A stretch of DNA of 64,000 nt from an uncultured Gemmatimonadales bacterium (GCA_963701965.1 OY969695.1:3616001-3680000), one strand, 5' to 3'. Shown: positions 19,748-30,488, numbered from the stretch's first letter. The notes: a model not told the origin generated them from the sequence alone. A program made the numbers and translations.

Positions 19748-21100
19748 ATGCAGAGTCGCACACAGATGGCCGCCGCCCGCCGCGGCGAGATCACACCGGC
19801 AATGGCGTTCGTGGCGCGCCGTGAAGCGTTGCCGCCCGAGACCGTTCGCGCCGAGGTGGCCGCGGGCCGCCTCGTCATCCCGGCCAACATCGCCCATCTC
19901 GCCGGCAAGCTGGAGCCAATGGGCATCGGCGCCGTCGCCAAGGTCAAGATCAACGCCAACATCGGGACGTCGGCGGTCACGTCCAGCCTCGACGAGGAGG
20001 TCGGCAAGCTGGAGTTGGCGGTGCGCTACGGCGCGGACACGGTCATGGACTTGTCGACCGGTCACGACATTGATCGCGTGCGTGAGGCCATCGTCGCGGC
20101 GTCGACGGTGCCCATCGGCACCGTGCCGATCTATCAGGCGGTGCTGATGGGGAAAGAGCTGGAAGAGCTCACCGCGGACGACCTGCTCGGCGTCATCGAG
20201 CACCAGGCCCGGCAAGGCGTGGACTATATGACGATCCACGCGGGCATTCTGTTCGAGCATCTGCCGCTCATCCACGGCCGTCTGACCGGCATCGTGAGCC
20301 GGGGCGGGTCGCTGCTCGGCGTCTGGATGATGCACCATCGCCAGCAGAATCCGCTCTATGAACGCTATGACGACGTGCTGGACATTCTCCGCACGTATGA
20401 CGTCACCATCTCGCTCGGGGACTCGCTCCGCCCGGGTTGTCTCCATGATGCGAGCGATCGCGCCCAGTTCGCCGAGCTCGATACGCTAGGCGAGCTCACG
20501 CGGCGCGCCTGGGAACGCGACGTTCAGGTCATGGTCGAGGGCCCGGGGCACGTGCCGATGGATCAGATCGCGATGAACGTCCGGCGGATGAAAGAGGTGT
20601 GTCATGGGGCGCCGTTCTACACGCTGGGACCGCTCGTCGTCGACGTCGCGCCGGGCTATGACCACATTTCGAGCGCCATCGGCGCCGCGATGATCGGCTG
20701 GCACGGGGCGGACATGCTGTGCTATGTGACGCCCAAGGAGCACCTCGGCCTACCCAACGCCGAAGACGTGCGGCAAGGCGTCATCGCCTACAAGATCGCC
20801 GCGCATGCCGCCGACATCGCGCGGGGACGGCCCGGCGCGCGGGATCAGGATGACGCCCTGTCGCGCGCCCGCTATGCGTTTGACTGGAACGAGCAGTTCC
20901 GGTTGAGCCTCGATCCCGACCGGGCCCGGGAGTACCACGACGAGAGCCTGCCGGCCGAGTATTTCAAGAGCGCCGAATTCTGCGCAATGTGTGGGCCGAA
21001 GTTCTGCTCCATGCACCACTCGCGGACGCTCGACGAGGGCATCGCCGAGCTGGCGCGAGAGGCGCGGGAAGCCGCGGAAGGCGTGGTGACGGGCGCCTGA
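19748..21100 (+). CDS. thiC: Phosphomethylpyrimidine synthase ThiC
   Basis: 'KINANIGTS', '[11 protein letters not shown]', 'EGPGHVP', C-terminal CxxCxxxxC 'CAMCGPKFC'. Confidence 0.97.
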   Translation: MQSRTQMAAARRGEITPAMAFVARREALPPETVRAEVAAGRLVIPANIAHLAGKLEPMGIGAVAKVKINANIGTSAVTSSLDEEVGKLELAVRYGADTVMDLSTGHDIDRVREAIVAASTVPIGTVPIYQAVLMGKELEELTADDLLGVIEHQARQGVDYMTIHAGILFEHLPLIHGRLTGIVSRGGSLLGVWMMHHRQQNPLYERYDDVLDILRTYDVTISLGDSLRPGCLHDASDRAQFAELDTLGELTRRAWERDVQVMVEGPGHVPMDQIAMNVRRMKEVCHGAPFYTLGPLVVDVAPGYDHISSAIGAAMIGWHGADMLCYVTPKEHLGLPNAEDVRQGVIAYKIAAHAADIARGRPGARDQDDALSRARYAFDWNEQFRLSLDPDRAREYHDESLPAEYFKSAEFCAMCGPKFCSMHHSRTLDEGIAELAREAREAAEGVVTGA

Positions 21101-21113
21101 CGCGGCAGTCGGC

Positions 21114-21710
21114 GTGCGTGTCGTCGCCACGGGTGTGCTGCTCGGGCTGGCCGCCTGCGCCCACGGTAGCGCGCCCGCCACGACGCCGACGCCGGAGCAG
21201 GCGCGCACCGCGCGCGCCGAAGGCGCCGCGACCCGGGCGATGACGACCGACACGGGGTATTTGCGATCCCGGGGATTGATGGTGCCTGTCCTCGGGGTGA
21301 CGGTGGATCACCTGAGTGACACGTTCTATGACCGGCGCGGCGCCGAGCGTGTCCACCGCGCTATCGACATCATGGCGCCGCGCGGCACGCCGGTTCTGGC
21401 AGCCGACGGCGGCGCGATTCTCCGGGTCTCGAGCAACACGCTCGGCGGCCTCACGATCTACGTGATCGATCCGCTCCGGCGACTCGTCTACTACTACGCG
21501 CATCTCGACCACTACGACCCGGTCGCCCGGCAGGGCGCGCCGGTCTCAAAGGGCGAGGTGATCGGCTACGTCGGCACGACGGGAAACGCACGAGGCGGTC
21601 CGTCGCATTTGCACTTCCAGGTCATGCGCTACGAGGATGCGCGCCGCTGGTGGGAGGGCACGCCGCTCGACCCCTACCCCTACTTTGCGACGACGGGGCA
21701 GGATCGCTAA
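21114..21710 (+). CDS. M23 family metallopeptidase lipoprotein
   Basis: Lipobox LAAC; HxxxD 'HRAID', 'YAHL', HxH 'HLHF'. Confidence 0.9.
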   Translation: MRVVATGVLLGLAACAHGSAPATTPTPEQARTARAEGAATRAMTTDTGYLRSRGLMVPVLGVTVDHLSDTFYDRRGAERVHRAIDIMAPRGTPVLAADGGAILRVSSNTLGGLTIYVIDPLRRLVYYYAHLDHYDPVARQGAPVSKGEVIGYVGTTGNARGGPSHLHFQVMRYEDARRWWEGTPLDPYPYFATTGQDR

Positions 21711-21719
21711 CTTGGTCCC

Positions 21720-21983
21720 ATGCCCTACGTAATCACGGAAGCCTGCATAGGCGTGAAAGACAAAGCCTGCGTCAATGTTTGCCCGGTGGACTGCATCTAC
21801 GAGGGGGAGCAACAGCTCTTCATCCACCCGGATGAGTGTATCGACTGTGGGGCATGCGAGCCGGAGTGCCCGGTGACGGCCATCTTCCCCGAAGAGGATG
21901 TGCCGGGGACGTCGAAGCAATACGTGCAGATCAATCGCGACGTCTTTAAAGGTCCGACACCGCCGGGAAAGCCGACGCGTTGA
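21720..21983 (+). CDS. Dicluster (7Fe/8Fe-type) ferredoxin
   Basis: '[17 protein letters not shown]' and '[12 protein letters not shown]'. Confidence 0.95.
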   Translation: MPYVITEACIGVKDKACVNVCPVDCIYEGEQQLFIHPDECIDCGACEPECPVTAIFPEEDVPGTSKQYVQINRDVFKGPTPPGKPTR

Positions 21984-22043
21984 TGCGCTCCGCGCATCAC
22001 GCGTCTCGTCTCGTTTGAAGGGAGATTCCTTCGGAATCTCCCT
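21981..22043. repeat. Double hairpin (possible bidirectional terminator / REP-like element)
   Basis: TGATGCGC-TCC-GCGCATCA (21981-21999) and AGGGAGATTCC-TTC-GGAATCTCCCT (22019-22043) between convergent genes. Confidence 0.7.
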
Positions 22044-22066
22044 CTCGCTGATCAGTCCGCGGGCGT

Positions 22067-22669
22067 CTAGCCGGGCAGAAACCGCGCTTTGAGTATCAGC
22101 GCGACGACCAACGCGACGTACTGCAGAAACGTGCTCCGCTCGCTGATCACCGCTTCGCCCCAGTGGTGCGGCCCGCGGAGCGATCGTCCCATTGTCTTGA
22201 GCGGCCACCACCGCGACGTCTTGGCTTTGTAGGCGAGATACTCGGCGCCGAAGATCGACTCCAGCACGCCCTCTTCGTAGGCGACGATGAAGTGGTACTC
22301 GATCGCGAAGAGCAGCAACGCCACCAGCGGAAACCACGCTACGCCGGACATCACGGCGAACCCGACCCAGATCAGGGCGTTGCCCACGTACAGCGGATTG
22401 CGCGTGTAAGCGAACGCGCCCCACGTCACGAGCTCTTTGACGTTGCGCGACCGCCGCCGCGTCACCGTTCCCGCGGCGGCGACTCCGGCGATCCGCGTGA
22501 GCTCGCCCCAGAGGATGAACCACCCGCCGATGACCCACGTGGCCAGCCACTGGCGGCCGGGCACGGCGAGGCCAATGAGCGCGATGGGCACGGGTAGGAA
22601 GCTGCGACAGCGGAACAGCCAAGCGCCGACGCGCGCCGCCCGCGTCTCTTCCGCCGCACTGATGGCCAC
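22067..22669 (-). CDS. Isoprenylcysteine carboxylmethyltransferase/PEMT family membrane protein
   Basis: 'LVTWGAFAYTRNPLYVG', 'EEGVLESIFGAEYLAYK'. Confidence 0.88.
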   Translation of the reverse strand: MAISAAEETRAARVGAWLFRCRSFLPVPIALIGLAVPGRQWLATWVIGGWFILWGELTRIAGVAAAGTVTRRRSRNVKELVTWGAFAYTRNPLYVGNALIWVGFAVMSGVAWFPLVALLLFAIEYHFIVAYEEGVLESIFGAEYLAYKAKTSRWWPLKTMGRSLRGPHHWGEAVISERSTFLQYVALVVALILKARFLPG

Positions 22670-22872
22670 TAGCGCCGGCCTTCGCGGCCGAGCGCGAACC
22701 AGCCAATGGCGCCAAGCAGGGGCACGGCGACCACGATGCCGGTCCAGAGCCCCTTCGCCTTACGCGAATGCACGGGACTCCGCCACACGGACACGAGGGC
22801 CGCGATGTCCACGGCAACCAAGAAGAGGAGCGCCGCGTCCAGAGTTCCCCCGCCCGCTCCTCCGATCACCAC
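22669..22872 (-). CDS. PLDc_N-like small membrane protein
   Basis: 'DIAALVSVWRS...KGLWTGIVVAVPLLGAIGWFALGR' pattern. Confidence 0.75.
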   Translation of the reverse strand: MVIGGAGGGTLDAALLFLVAVDIAALVSVWRSPVHSRKAKGLWTGIVVAVPLLGAIGWFALGREGRR

Positions 22873-22885
22873 GGAAGGTCAGACG

Positions 22886-24358
22886 CTATTTACACCCGGA
22901 CGCTGTGGCCGACGCGAGCACGTTGACCCGCCCGAAGTTATAGGCCGGGTCCGGTCGCTTTCCGGTGACATTGTCCGCGTTGTTGAGCACGCATTTCTTG
23001 AGCGTGGCCGGCGACAGCGGGGCCGCCGCGTTCGCCTTGATGACGGCGATCTCGCCGGTGACGAGCGGCGCCGAGAAGCTGGTGCCGGCGCCGATCAAGA
23101 GCTGGTCTTCCTGGCCCGGGCAGAGCGGGGCCGGGGTGGCCGAGCTGCAGGCGCCAATCACCAACTCCGAGTCGAGGGCCGCCGACGTCGTGTCGAACTC
23201 GTTGCCGCCGGGTGCGAACACACCCACGCCCAGTGAGCCGAAGTTCGAGTACGACGCAATGTCATCAAACGATCCGTGGGTCAACGGACCGGTGGCGCCG
23301 ATCGACAGGATGCCCGCGATCCCGCCAGGATACTCCAGGCTGTCGGCATAGTTGCCGTTGGTGTTGGACGTCGCCGTGTTGAAGTTGACGCCCTCGTTGC
23401 CGGCCGCCGCCACGTATTGGACGCCGCGCGCGGCGCCGTACTGGACAACCCCCTCGATGAGGTCGGCGATCGCCAAATTCGTGGCATCGGTGCGCGACAG
23501 GTAGCCGCCGCTGCTGATGTTGGCGACGTCCGCATTCTGGTCGGCGGCGTACAGCATCCCATTGAGCAAGCCGAAGAGATCGCCAGACCCGGAATCGTCG
23601 AGCTCGCGCACCATCGTGATCATCGCCTGGGGCGCGGTGCCCGCGATCTTGACCGAGTTGGTGGTGATGATCGAAGAGACAAAGGTCCCGTGCCCCACGA
23701 CGTCGTGTCCGAAGGGCAGCGGGTTGAGCATCAGCGTATCCGTCGGCGCGTACGCGAACGATATGCTGTTCTTCGTGTCGATCTTGCCGGTCAACTCTTC
23801 GTTCGCCGTGTCGACGCCCGTGTCCAGCACGTAGACGTGCATCCCCTTGCCCTGGTTCGTGACCTGCCAGGCGCTATCGGCTTTCGTCACGTGCATGTTC
23901 CACTGGACTGCCACGGCCGTTGCGCCCCGCGGATCGCCTTTGACGCCGAATCCGCGATGCGGGAAGGCACTCAAGCGGCGGAGCCCAACCTTGGTCGGGC
24001 GCAGCGTGATGGTGAGGTCCGGCACGACCGCGCGTACGGCGCCCATGGTCCGCAATTCGCCGGCGGCCTTCGCCGACAGGCCTGACACGAGCGCGATACC
24101 GAATCCCGCATGCACGTGCAAGATCCGACCGCCGCCCTTGGCAATGGCGGCCTCGAGTGCAGGCGCCGGCGCTCCCGCACTGCCCATTCGCACAATGTAG
24201 CGGGGCGAAGCGGGAAGGGGCGCGTCGGGGGATTGGCGAGTGGCCGTCGTTGTCATCGGATCAGAGCAGGCGGCGACGACGGCGGCTCCGCCGACTATGA
24301 GGCACAGCGCGAGCTGGCGCACCGGGCGGACGGGGTTTGGGACCATGGGCGCGAACAT
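22886..24358 (-). CDS. S8 (subtilisin) family serine peptidase, lipoprotein
   Basis: Triad 'VLDTG', 'GHGTFV', 'GTSFSAP'; oxyanion 'AAAGN'; lipobox VAAC; start uncertain (24358 or 24346). Confidence 0.9.
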   Translation of the reverse strand: MFAPMVPNPVRPVRQLALCLIVGGAAVVAACSDPMTTTATRQSPDAPLPASPRYIVRMGSAGAPAPALEAAIAKGGGRILHVHAGFGIALVSGLSAKAAGELRTMGAVRAVVPDLTITLRPTKVGLRRLSAFPHRGFGVKGDPRGATAVAVQWNMHVTKADSAWQVTNQGKGMHVYVLDTGVDTANEELTGKIDTKNSISFAYAPTDTLMLNPLPFGHDVVGHGTFVSSIITTNSVKIAGTAPQAMITMVRELDDSGSGDLFGLLNGMLYAADQNADVANISSGGYLSRTDATNLAIADLIEGVVQYGAARGVQYVAAAGNEGVNFNTATSNTNGNYADSLEYPGGIAGILSIGATGPLTHGSFDDIASYSNFGSLGVGVFAPGGNEFDTTSAALDSELVIGACSSATPAPLCPGQEDQLLIGAGTSFSAPLVTGEIAVIKANAAAPLSPATLKKCVLNNADNVTGKRPDPAYNFGRVNVLASATASGCK

Positions 24359-24476
24359 GCCCGCGTGCACGGACGACGTCAACCCCGACGTTGGGCGGCC
24401 CCGAGTTGGCCCGCTCATACTCGACGCGGATACGCACCGCTCGCGCGCGGACGTCCCACGCTACATAATTGCGCGC

Positions 24477-25193
24477 ATGCGCCTTCGTCCCGTTTTCTCC
24501 ATCGCGTCCGTGTCCCTTGCCGCGATGCTCGCGGCCTGCGGATCGTCGTCCACCGGGCCCGCGCCCGCGACCTTTTCGGACGCGCTGCATCTCGATTCGC
24601 TGGCTGTGGCCGCCGCGGTCGCCGGCAACTTGGACCTCAACAACTTGTTGACGTATCCCATCGCGGTGTTGGGCGAGGGCATTCCGGCGGCCAACGGGTC
24701 GCTGAGCGTCAATGGCGCCGCACAGCCGTACCAGGTTGCGGTGCTGGAGGTCGTGGGTACGACCGGCGGGCAGACCCCGGTCCCCAGCGACTCGTTCTTC
24801 GTGATCTCGTCGTGGACCAAGCCGGACGCGTCGACGTTGCTCTTCGTCCAGGTGGATGCGCCGAACACGATCATTCAGCTCGAGGGCATCGAGGGGACGC
24901 GCATCGTGGACACGCTCGCGGCTGCCCCGTCGGCGTCGGTGGGAGCGTTCAAGCAGACCGGCGGCTGCCACACGCTCAAGACGTCGACCACGGCGGCCTA
25001 TCTGCTCCAGGGCACGACGTGCACGGCCGGGAATATTCCGGCGGCATTCTCCGTGTCGTTCGCCAACGGCGCGCACTCGTACATCCTGGCCCAGGCGACC
25101 GTGCCGGCCGCCCGCATCGTGCTTCCCGCGGGCAGCGGCGGGCAACAACGCGTCAGGGCGCTCCTGCACGCGCTGCGCGTCGGTCATACGTAA
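24477..25193 (+). CDS. Hypothetical lipoprotein
   Basis: MRLRPVFSIASVSLAAMLAAC lipoprotein signal; CATAAT 7 nt before ATG. Confidence 0.7.
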   Translation: MRLRPVFSIASVSLAAMLAACGSSSTGPAPATFSDALHLDSLAVAAAVAGNLDLNNLLTYPIAVLGEGIPAANGSLSVNGAAQPYQVAVLEVVGTTGGQTPVPSDSFFVISSWTKPDASTLLFVQVDAPNTIIQLEGIEGTRIVDTLAAAPSASVGAFKQTGGCHTLKTSTTAAYLLQGTTCTAGNIPAAFSVSFANGAHSYILAQATVPAARIVLPAGSGGQQRVRALLHALRVGHT

Positions 25194-26145
25194 GCCAGAA
25201 TAGCGTGGGCCCGCGCTCCGTCGACCGGCGGAGCGCGCTGGCGAGTGCCTTCGCGCTGTAGGTGTCGTCCACGTCGAGGCCGTCGAGTCGCGGTGGGGGG
25301 TCGAGCGGTCGCCCGTAGGCGCCGCCGTACACGGAATGATCGATCTCGATGGGAGCCGCGGGCATCGACTCCCGCGGCGTACCCGACAGTCGCTGCAATA
25401 GCCCCCGGGTCGCGCGAATGAGCCGTCGGAGACGCCATGCGCTGGCCGCCAGACGCGGCACCACCCGCGCGGCGACGACCACGCCGTCGTAGCCCCCGAG
25501 CCCAAGGCCCAGCGCCAAGCCGGCGGCGGTGCCACCGCTGCCCAGGGGAACGACGATGCGGGCTGGTGCGGGGAGCACCCCGGCGGCGATCTGGCTGGCG
25601 AGCTCGAGGCCGGCGTTGACGTGACCGAGCATGCCCAACGGCGACGTGCCGCCGAGCGGCACGCAATGATAGCCACGGCCCCGCGGCAGGGCGTAGCGTG
25701 CCAGGGCCGTCACCGCGAAGGGCGACGGGAGCACCCGCCAGCACCGTTCCTGACACGAGCGCTCGGTCTCGCGCGCCGAGGCGTTCATCTCGTGGGGCCA
25801 GGTGAAAGCGATCGTTCGGGCGCCGAGCAACGCCGCGTGCGTGGCCGTGGCGAGCACATGGGTGGAGCCCTGGCCGCCGAGGGTGACGACGGTGTCCCCT
25901 GGGCCAACGGTGCCCAACAGGTATTCGAGGGCCCGGACTTTGTTGCCTCCGGCAACCAATGCGCTGAGGTCGTCGCGCTTGACCCAGAGCTCGACGCCGC
26001 CGGGGCCGCGATGCCGCTCGACTGGCGTGGGCAACGTCGTGAGCGGGGCCCGGGGAACGCGAGCCAGCGCGGGGAACCGGTTGGTGAGCGCGGACGCGGT
26101 GCTAGATTGCCCACACTGTGTCTCAACCGTCACGCGAGACCTCAC
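25153..26145 (-). CDS. ACC deaminase/D-cysteine desulfhydrase family PLP enzyme
   Basis: 'LPTPV', 'WVKRDDL...GGNKVRALE', 'GSGGTAAGL'; start uncertain. Confidence 0.87.
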   Translation of the reverse strand: MRSRVTVETQCGQSSTASALTNRFPALARVPRAPLTTLPTPVERHRGPGGVELWVKRDDLSALVAGGNKVRALEYLLGTVGPGDTVVTLGGQGSTHVLATATHAALLGARTIAFTWPHEMNASARETERSCQERCWRVLPSPFAVTALARYALPRGRGYHCVPLGGTSPLGMLGHVNAGLELASQIAAGVLPAPARIVVPLGSGGTAAGLALGLGLGGYDGVVVAARVVPRLAASAWRLRRLIRATRGLLQRLSGTPRESMPAAPIEIDHSVYGGAYGRPLDPPPRLDGLDVDDTYSAKALASALRRSTERGPTLFWLTYDRRAARAGAP

Positions 26146-27308
26146 TCGTTTACCTCGACACCGCCGCGGATGTCGACCGTTTCCTCGCGTCCATCGCGGA
26201 GGCGGGAGAATTGGCGCTCGACACCGAGGGGGCCAGCTTCCACCGCTTCGTGGACCGGATCTATCTGCTCCAGCTCTCGACGCGGGAGCGGAGCGCGATC
26301 ATCGATCCGCTGCCCATTGGGACCCCGGCGGGCCTGGGGCGCCTGCTGGAGGACCCGGCCGTCGAGATCGTGTTCCACGACGCGGATTACGATCTGCGCC
26401 TGCTGCACCAGGATTACGGCTGGCGCGCGACGAACATCTTCGACACGCGAATCGCCGCCCAGCTGCTGGGGATGAAGGCGTTTGGTCTCGCCGCACTGTT
26501 GGAGCGCTTCTTCGGCGTCAAACTGGACAAGAAGCACCAGCGGGCCGACTGGTCGCTGCGCCCGCTGACGCCCGGCATGCTCGACTATGCGGCGCAAGAT
26601 ACCCGCTACCTGCTCGATCTGCGCGACCGGCTGAAGGACGCGCTCCGCTCGGCGGGCCGGTGGTCGTGGGCGGCCGAGGAATTCTCGCGTCTCGTGGGCA
26701 TCCGGTGGGAGGACGACGAGGCGGGGCTGGCGTGGATGCGCATCAAAGGCGCCCGCGATCTCACGCGCCGGGAATTGGCGCTGTTTCGGGAGCTGGTCCG
26801 GTGGCGCGACGGCGTGGCCGCGGCCGTGGATCGGGCGACGTTCCGAGTCGTGGGCAACGAGACGCTCCTGGCCATCGCCCGCGAGGCGCCGCGTACGCGG
26901 GAGACGCTGGCAGGCATCCGCGGCATGCCGCGGGGCATGGTCGACACGCGCGCCGCCGAGGTTCTGGCGGCCGTCGAGCGCGGGCTCGCCGAGCCGGATG
27001 CGACGTTGCCGCGTTTTCCGCGGGCGCCGCGCTGGGACCGCGATCCGGAGTTCGACACCCGCGTGGCCCGGCTCAAAGCGGTGCGCAATGCCGCCGCGGC
27101 GCGGCTGGAGCTCGATCCGGGCGTCCTGTGCTCCCGCGAGCGACTCGAGGCCACGGCACGCGCCAACCCGCGATCGCTCAATGACCTGGCGCGGATCCCC
27201 GAGATTCGTGCCTGGCAGATCGAAGTGCTGGGCGCTGATTTTCTGCGAGCCTTGGGCGACGTCCCGGCCGTGGCGGCGCCGGACGACTCGCCCTATCGCG
27301 AAGCTTAG
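26118..27308 (+). CDS. rnd: Ribonuclease D (3'-5' exonuclease + HRDC)
   Basis: 'ALDTE', 'FHDADYD', 'ADWSLRPL...YAAQD', HRDC domains. Confidence 0.92.
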   Translation: MSQPSRETSLVYLDTAADVDRFLASIAEAGELALDTEGASFHRFVDRIYLLQLSTRERSAIIDPLPIGTPAGLGRLLEDPAVEIVFHDADYDLRLLHQDYGWRATNIFDTRIAAQLLGMKAFGLAALLERFFGVKLDKKHQRADWSLRPLTPGMLDYAAQDTRYLLDLRDRLKDALRSAGRWSWAAEEFSRLVGIRWEDDEAGLAWMRIKGARDLTRRELALFRELVRWRDGVAAAVDRATFRVVGNETLLAIAREAPRTRETLAGIRGMPRGMVDTRAAEVLAAVERGLAEPDATLPRFPRAPRWDRDPEFDTRVARLKAVRNAAAARLELDPGVLCSRERLEATARANPRSLNDLARIPEIRAWQIEVLGADFLRALGDVPAVAAPDDSPYREA

Positions 27309-27374
27309 TTGCACCCTGCCGTGGCGGCTCGCCCGCCACGCTTCTCAACCGATGCCTATCTGGACCTAGCGAAG

Positions 27375-27710
27375 CTAGAGTCCGAGATAGGCGCGTACGC
27401 GCGGTTCGATCCGGTCCGGGGACCAGAACGGCGTCCAGACGAGATTGACGGCAGCCTCGCCAACGCCGGGGATGGTACGAACCTGCTGCTCGGCGTCGGT
27501 CATGATCTCAGGTCCCAATGGACACCCAGGCGACGTGAGCGTCATGTCGACCGCGACCTTGTCGCCATCGACCCGGACGTCGTAGACGAGTCCCAGATCG
27601 ACAATGTTGAGATTGAGGTCGGGATCCTTCACCCGGCGCAACACGGCCTTCACGTGGTCGGCCGTGAGGGTCGGGCTCTCCCCCGGTGGGACCGTGCTTC
27701 CATCGCTCAT
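27375..27710 (-). CDS. Metal-sulfur cluster assembly factor (DUF59/SufT-like)
   Basis: 'VKDPDLNLNIVDLGLVY', 'TLTSPGCP', 'VWTPFW'. Confidence 0.92.
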   Translation of the reverse strand: MSDGSTVPPGESPTLTADHVKAVLRRVKDPDLNLNIVDLGLVYDVRVDGDKVAVDMTLTSPGCPLGPEIMTDAEQQVRTIPGVGEAAVNLVWTPFWSPDRIEPRVRAYLGL

Positions 27711-27719
27711 GCAATGAAG

Positions 27720-29009
27720 CTAGTGCGCGTGCTTCGCCCGTGCTTTGCGGTGGGCCCGGTGGGCCGCGCGGCTGCGCCGCGAATGCGACCGCAGAGGACG
27801 GTTCCAGCCTGACTCGCGATCGGCCCGGAAGCTGGCGGGCATGGAGATCACGCCACCCGGCTCATCGGTGCAGGCGACCGCGGCCGCGTCCGCCAGGTCG
27901 GCGCGGATATCGGCGATAACCCGCGCCGGCCGGCGCGCGCGCGCCGCGTGCACGCGATTCGTGAGCAGAATGACGAACATCTTCCGGTCCGGATCGATCC
28001 ATACCGACGTGCCGGTGAACCCGGTGTGGCCGTACGCGTGCGCGCCCATGAAGCGGCCGCACCCGCCCTCGCCATCGCACGTGTCCCAGCCGAGTGCTCG
28101 CGTGCCCGCCGCGCGGCGCGTGAACAACGCGACCGTGGAGTCGCTGACGATCCGCGTGCCGTTGTACACCCCGCCGTTGAGCAGCATCTGGGCGAAGATG
28201 GCGAGATCGGACGCCGTGCTGAACATGCCCGCGTGTCCCGCGACGCCGCCCATGGCGTACGCATTCTCGTCGTGCACTTCGCCCTGCAGCGGATATCCGC
28301 GGGGCGGCGTGATCTCGGTCGGCGCAATGCGTGCTTTGAGCGAGGCGGCCGGCCGGTAGTACGTGTCGTTCATGCCCAGCGGCGTGAACACGCGTTCGGT
28401 CAGAAACTTGTCGAGCGTCTCGCCGGTGACCGACTCGACGACCATGCCGAGCAGGTCGGCGCCGAGGTCGGAGTAAATGTAGCAGTCACCGGGTTTGCAC
28501 TCCAATGGCGTGGCCAGGATGTAGGCCTTGGCTTCTTCCGGATCGTGCGTCAGACGCCAGAGATCGCGGCCGGCGGGCAGCCCGGAGCGGTGCTCCAGCA
28601 GGTGCCGGACGGTCACCGCGTCTTTGTAGCCGCCGGTGAATCCCGGCAGGTAGGAGACGACCGGCGCGTCGAGGCTGATGCGCCCTTCGTCGTACAGGAT
28701 CATGATCGCGGTCGTAGTGCCGACCACTTTCGAGAGTGACGCCAGATCGTAAATGGTGCTGTCGGCGGAGACATGGTCGCTCGATGTCTCCCAGGAGAGC
28801 CGCCCATAGGCACGTTCCCAAACCACGGCGCCCTTGCGCCCCACGACGACCGCGGCGCCAGGATACCCCCCCGCCTTGATGCCCCGGGCTACGACGCGAT
28901 CGATGGCCTCCAGCCGGTGCTCGGACATGCCGACGTCGCTCGGAGCCTTGACGGGCAGGCCCGAGGACAGGACGGCAGCAGCAACGAACGGCAGGATGGG
29001 TGACGCCAC
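27720..29009 (-). CDS. Serine hydrolase, beta-lactamase class C-like family
   Basis: SxxK 'ASLSK', 'YSD', 'GHTGFTG', 'GEVHDENA'. Confidence 0.9.
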   Translation of the reverse strand: MASPILPFVAAAVLSSGLPVKAPSDVGMSEHRLEAIDRVVARGIKAGGYPGAAVVVGRKGAVVWERAYGRLSWETSSDHVSADSTIYDLASLSKVVGTTTAIMILYDEGRISLDAPVVSYLPGFTGGYKDAVTVRHLLEHRSGLPAGRDLWRLTHDPEEAKAYILATPLECKPGDCYIYSDLGADLLGMVVESVTGETLDKFLTERVFTPLGMNDTYYRPAASLKARIAPTEITPPRGYPLQGEVHDENAYAMGGVAGHAGMFSTASDLAIFAQMLLNGGVYNGTRIVSDSTVALFTRRAAGTRALGWDTCDGEGGCGRFMGAHAYGHTGFTGTSVWIDPDRKMFVILLTNRVHAARARRPARVIADIRADLADAAAVACTDEPGGVISMPASFRADRESGWNRPLRSHSRRSRAAHRAHRKARAKHAH

Positions 29010-29213
29010 CTACAGCTCCCGGTCGAGGAACACTTGAGTCTGTTACAATATATCAGGTGCATATGCCGTGCTCGCCACGGCCGAGTCGCCGAAATAAACG
29101 CAAGCCCATAAATACAATACAGTTGCCTGATTTGCCAACCTTATCTGTGTGACGACGCTGTTGGGGGGCGGCAACCATCAACTGTGGCGTCCGTGTCTCA
29201 TGGACAGAGCAGG

Positions 29214-29789
29214 ATGAACCCGGACGACGAGCTGGTACGGCGCGCCATCGACGGCAATGAGCGGGCAATGCGGCTGCTGTGGTCGCGTCACGCGCCGCGC
29301 ATCAATGCGCTCGTACGCCGGCTGATCGTCGATCCGGACCAGGCTGCAGACGTGGCGCAGGAGGTCTGGATCCAGATTTTCAAGGCGCTGCCGGCCTTTC
29401 GCGGCGAGTCGCAGTTCGGGACGTGGGCCCACCGCGTCGCCGTCAACGGTACACTCAACGCGTTGCGGCGCACACGGCGGGTAGCGGTGGCGGAGAGCGG
29501 AGGGCCGGTCGAGGAAGACACGGTGGCCGTCGAGCCGGATGACGACGCGCCGTTCGTGCGGGCCTCGATCGAAGCGGCGGCGCGCCGGCTCGCGCCGGGG
29601 GCGCGAACCGTTTTCGTCTTGCATGATGTCGAAGGGTACACACACGAGGAGATCGCTGCATCGCTGGGGATCACGCCGGGCGGGTCGAAATCACAACTGT
29701 TCAAGGCGCGGGCAAAGCTCAGACGGTGGCTCGCGCATCTCGTCGATGGACCCCAGCGCAATGGACACAATGCTCACACCTCTGTCTAG
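29214..29789 (+). CDS. ECF RNA polymerase sigma factor
   Basis: 'DVAQEVWIQ', 'FRGESQFGTW', region 4 'EGYTHEEIA...SKSQLFKAR'; start 29214 or 29184. Confidence 0.92.
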   Translation: MNPDDELVRRAIDGNERAMRLLWSRHAPRINALVRRLIVDPDQAADVAQEVWIQIFKALPAFRGESQFGTWAHRVAVNGTLNALRRTRRVAVAESGGPVEEDTVAVEPDDDAPFVRASIEAAARRLAPGARTVFVLHDVEGYTHEEIAASLGITPGGSKSQLFKARAKLRRWLAHLVDGPQRNGHNAHTSV

Positions 29790-30486
29790 TCACCTATCTG
29801 CCGATCGGCTGGCGGCGCTGGCCGACAATGAACTGACGACGGCCGAAGCGGCGCACGTCGGTGTCTGCCCCGAGTGCGCCCGCGAGCTGGCGGCGCACCG
29901 GCGGCTCCTGTCGCTGGCGCGGCAGGAAGCCGCCGTGCCCAGTCTGCCGCTCACCCGCTGGGACGATATCGCCGCCCAGCTCCGCGCCACTGGTACGATA
30001 CGCCGGAGCGGTGGCTGGTCGCGTTGGGCAGGCCGCGCCGCGGCCGCCCTGCTGTTCCTGGCCGCCGGAGCTGCCGTTGGCCGGTTCAGCGCGACCATGC
30101 GCCCGACAATGCAGCGCGCGGACACGACGGCGGGGCCTTCCACCAATGTGGCGTTGGCCGATCGCAATGACAGCACGCCGATCTTCCGTTCGTCGGCCGA
30201 GGCGATGGCGACGCTGACGCGGGCCGAGCGGGACTACCGGCACGCGGCGGCGTACCTGGTGGCCGAAGATTCGGGGAGCGAGGCGCCGACGGATCGCCGA
30301 GAGGCGTATCGTACGCGGTTGGCGGCGCTGGACGAAGTGGCGCAGACGACCCGGGCGGCGTTGGAAGAGGCGCCGAACGACCCCGTGCTCAATCAGTACT
30401 ACTTCTCGACCGTGGGGGCGCGCGATGCGACGCTGCGCCAACTGAAAGGGGCGCTGCCGGTCGGCATGAGGCTGGGGCGCTACTAG
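29761..30486 (+). CDS. ZAS-type anti-sigma factor with TM helix
   Basis: HxxxCxxC 'HVGVCPEC', TM 'AAAALLFLAAGAAVG'; overlaps sigma gene. Confidence 0.8.
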   Translation: MDTMLTPLSSHLSADRLAALADNELTTAEAAHVGVCPECARELAAHRRLLSLARQEAAVPSLPLTRWDDIAAQLRATGTIRRSGGWSRWAGRAAAALLFLAAGAAVGRFSATMRPTMQRADTTAGPSTNVALADRNDSTPIFRSSAEAMATLTRAERDYRHAAAYLVAEDSGSEAPTDRREAYRTRLAALDEVAQTTRAALEEAPNDPVLNQYYFSTVGARDATLRQLKGALPVGMRLGRY

Positions 30487-30488
30487 GC

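Noticed and set aside
21990..22062. Hammerhead-ribozyme-like arrangement on the minus strand (CTGATCA...CAAAC)
   Set aside because: Both core motifs deviate from the invariant CUGANGA and GAAA, and no stem I/III pairing was found
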